Assembly (NCBI GenBank): GCA_003971905.1
Contig: RSEE01000041.1
Span: forward strand, 310,001 to 374,000
Source: Moniliella sp. 'wahieum'
Lineage: Eukaryota
Direction of reading: 5' to 3'
Length of the DNA stretch: 64,000 nucleotides
The stretch's first letter is position 1. Each line of letters opens with the position of its first letter. A model generated the notes under the pieces. The model did not search any database. It had not been told where the DNA came from and saw nothing but the letters and a program-made list of their open reading frames with translations. Positions 63,603 to 64,000 of the stretch are shown here, piece after piece. Made by a program: the position numbers and the translations under genes.

Positions 63603-64000
63603 CCCGGGGGGAGCCCGTTGAGTTGAACGTTTGAACTACGGTGACCAAGTAGGGTAGAATGAGTGAACACCCCCGCCATCACTGATGGTCGATGGATGAG
63701 TCGATGAGGTCCTCGGCCTCGTCTGCATCGATCATCGATCACCATGTGTCATGCATCATGCGTCATGATCTTTTTCCTGTCCTTACCCTGCTCATCGACA
63801 CCGCTCAGCTGAACTCGATCAGGGTCCGACCGCACCGCCCAACACGCCGCCCCGCTCCCGGTGCACCTGTCATATCGTCCGCAACCAGCCCCCAGCTCCC
63901 CACCAAGTACTAACCCACGCGGCTCCCAGGATCTCGCAGCCCCCCCCAGCCAACTCTGCGGAACCGCGTCTACCAAAACGACCCTCGCCCCATCCTCTTA

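Overview
GC-rich, intron-poor fungal nuclear DNA. The gene set and intron style suggest a basidiomycete, possibly Ustilaginomycotina (inference). The window holds about 20 mostly housekeeping protein genes: YPP1/TTC7-like, OLA1, NTF2, Ubl-BAG, PRP5, a cyclin-like gene, SHP1/p47, OSH6/7-like, YOR238W-like, ARE-type sterol acyltransferase, an orphan, a P450, an alpha/beta-hydrolase, PHB2, a hypothetical, GLY1, TSR1, GPI16 and a CDC25-type RasGEF. It also has two intron-containing tRNA genes (iMet-CAT, Ser-CGA) and one young full-length Ty1/copia LTR retrotransposon (14815-20367, TSD CATGC). Almost every gene carries several 1-nt frameshifts, most likely uncorrected long-read indels, so internal gene structure is approximate. 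Two signals stand out. (1) Intergenic DNA carries a window-wide grammar of period-7 micro-arrays, each unit being a 4-bp palindrome (ACGT, TGCA, CATG, GGCC, TCGA, CCGG, CTAG, AGCT, GTAC) plus a T-N-A spacer. (2) The copia primer-binding site matches the anticodon arm of a tRNA-Tyr(GTA) in the same geometry as the known half-tRNAiMet priming.
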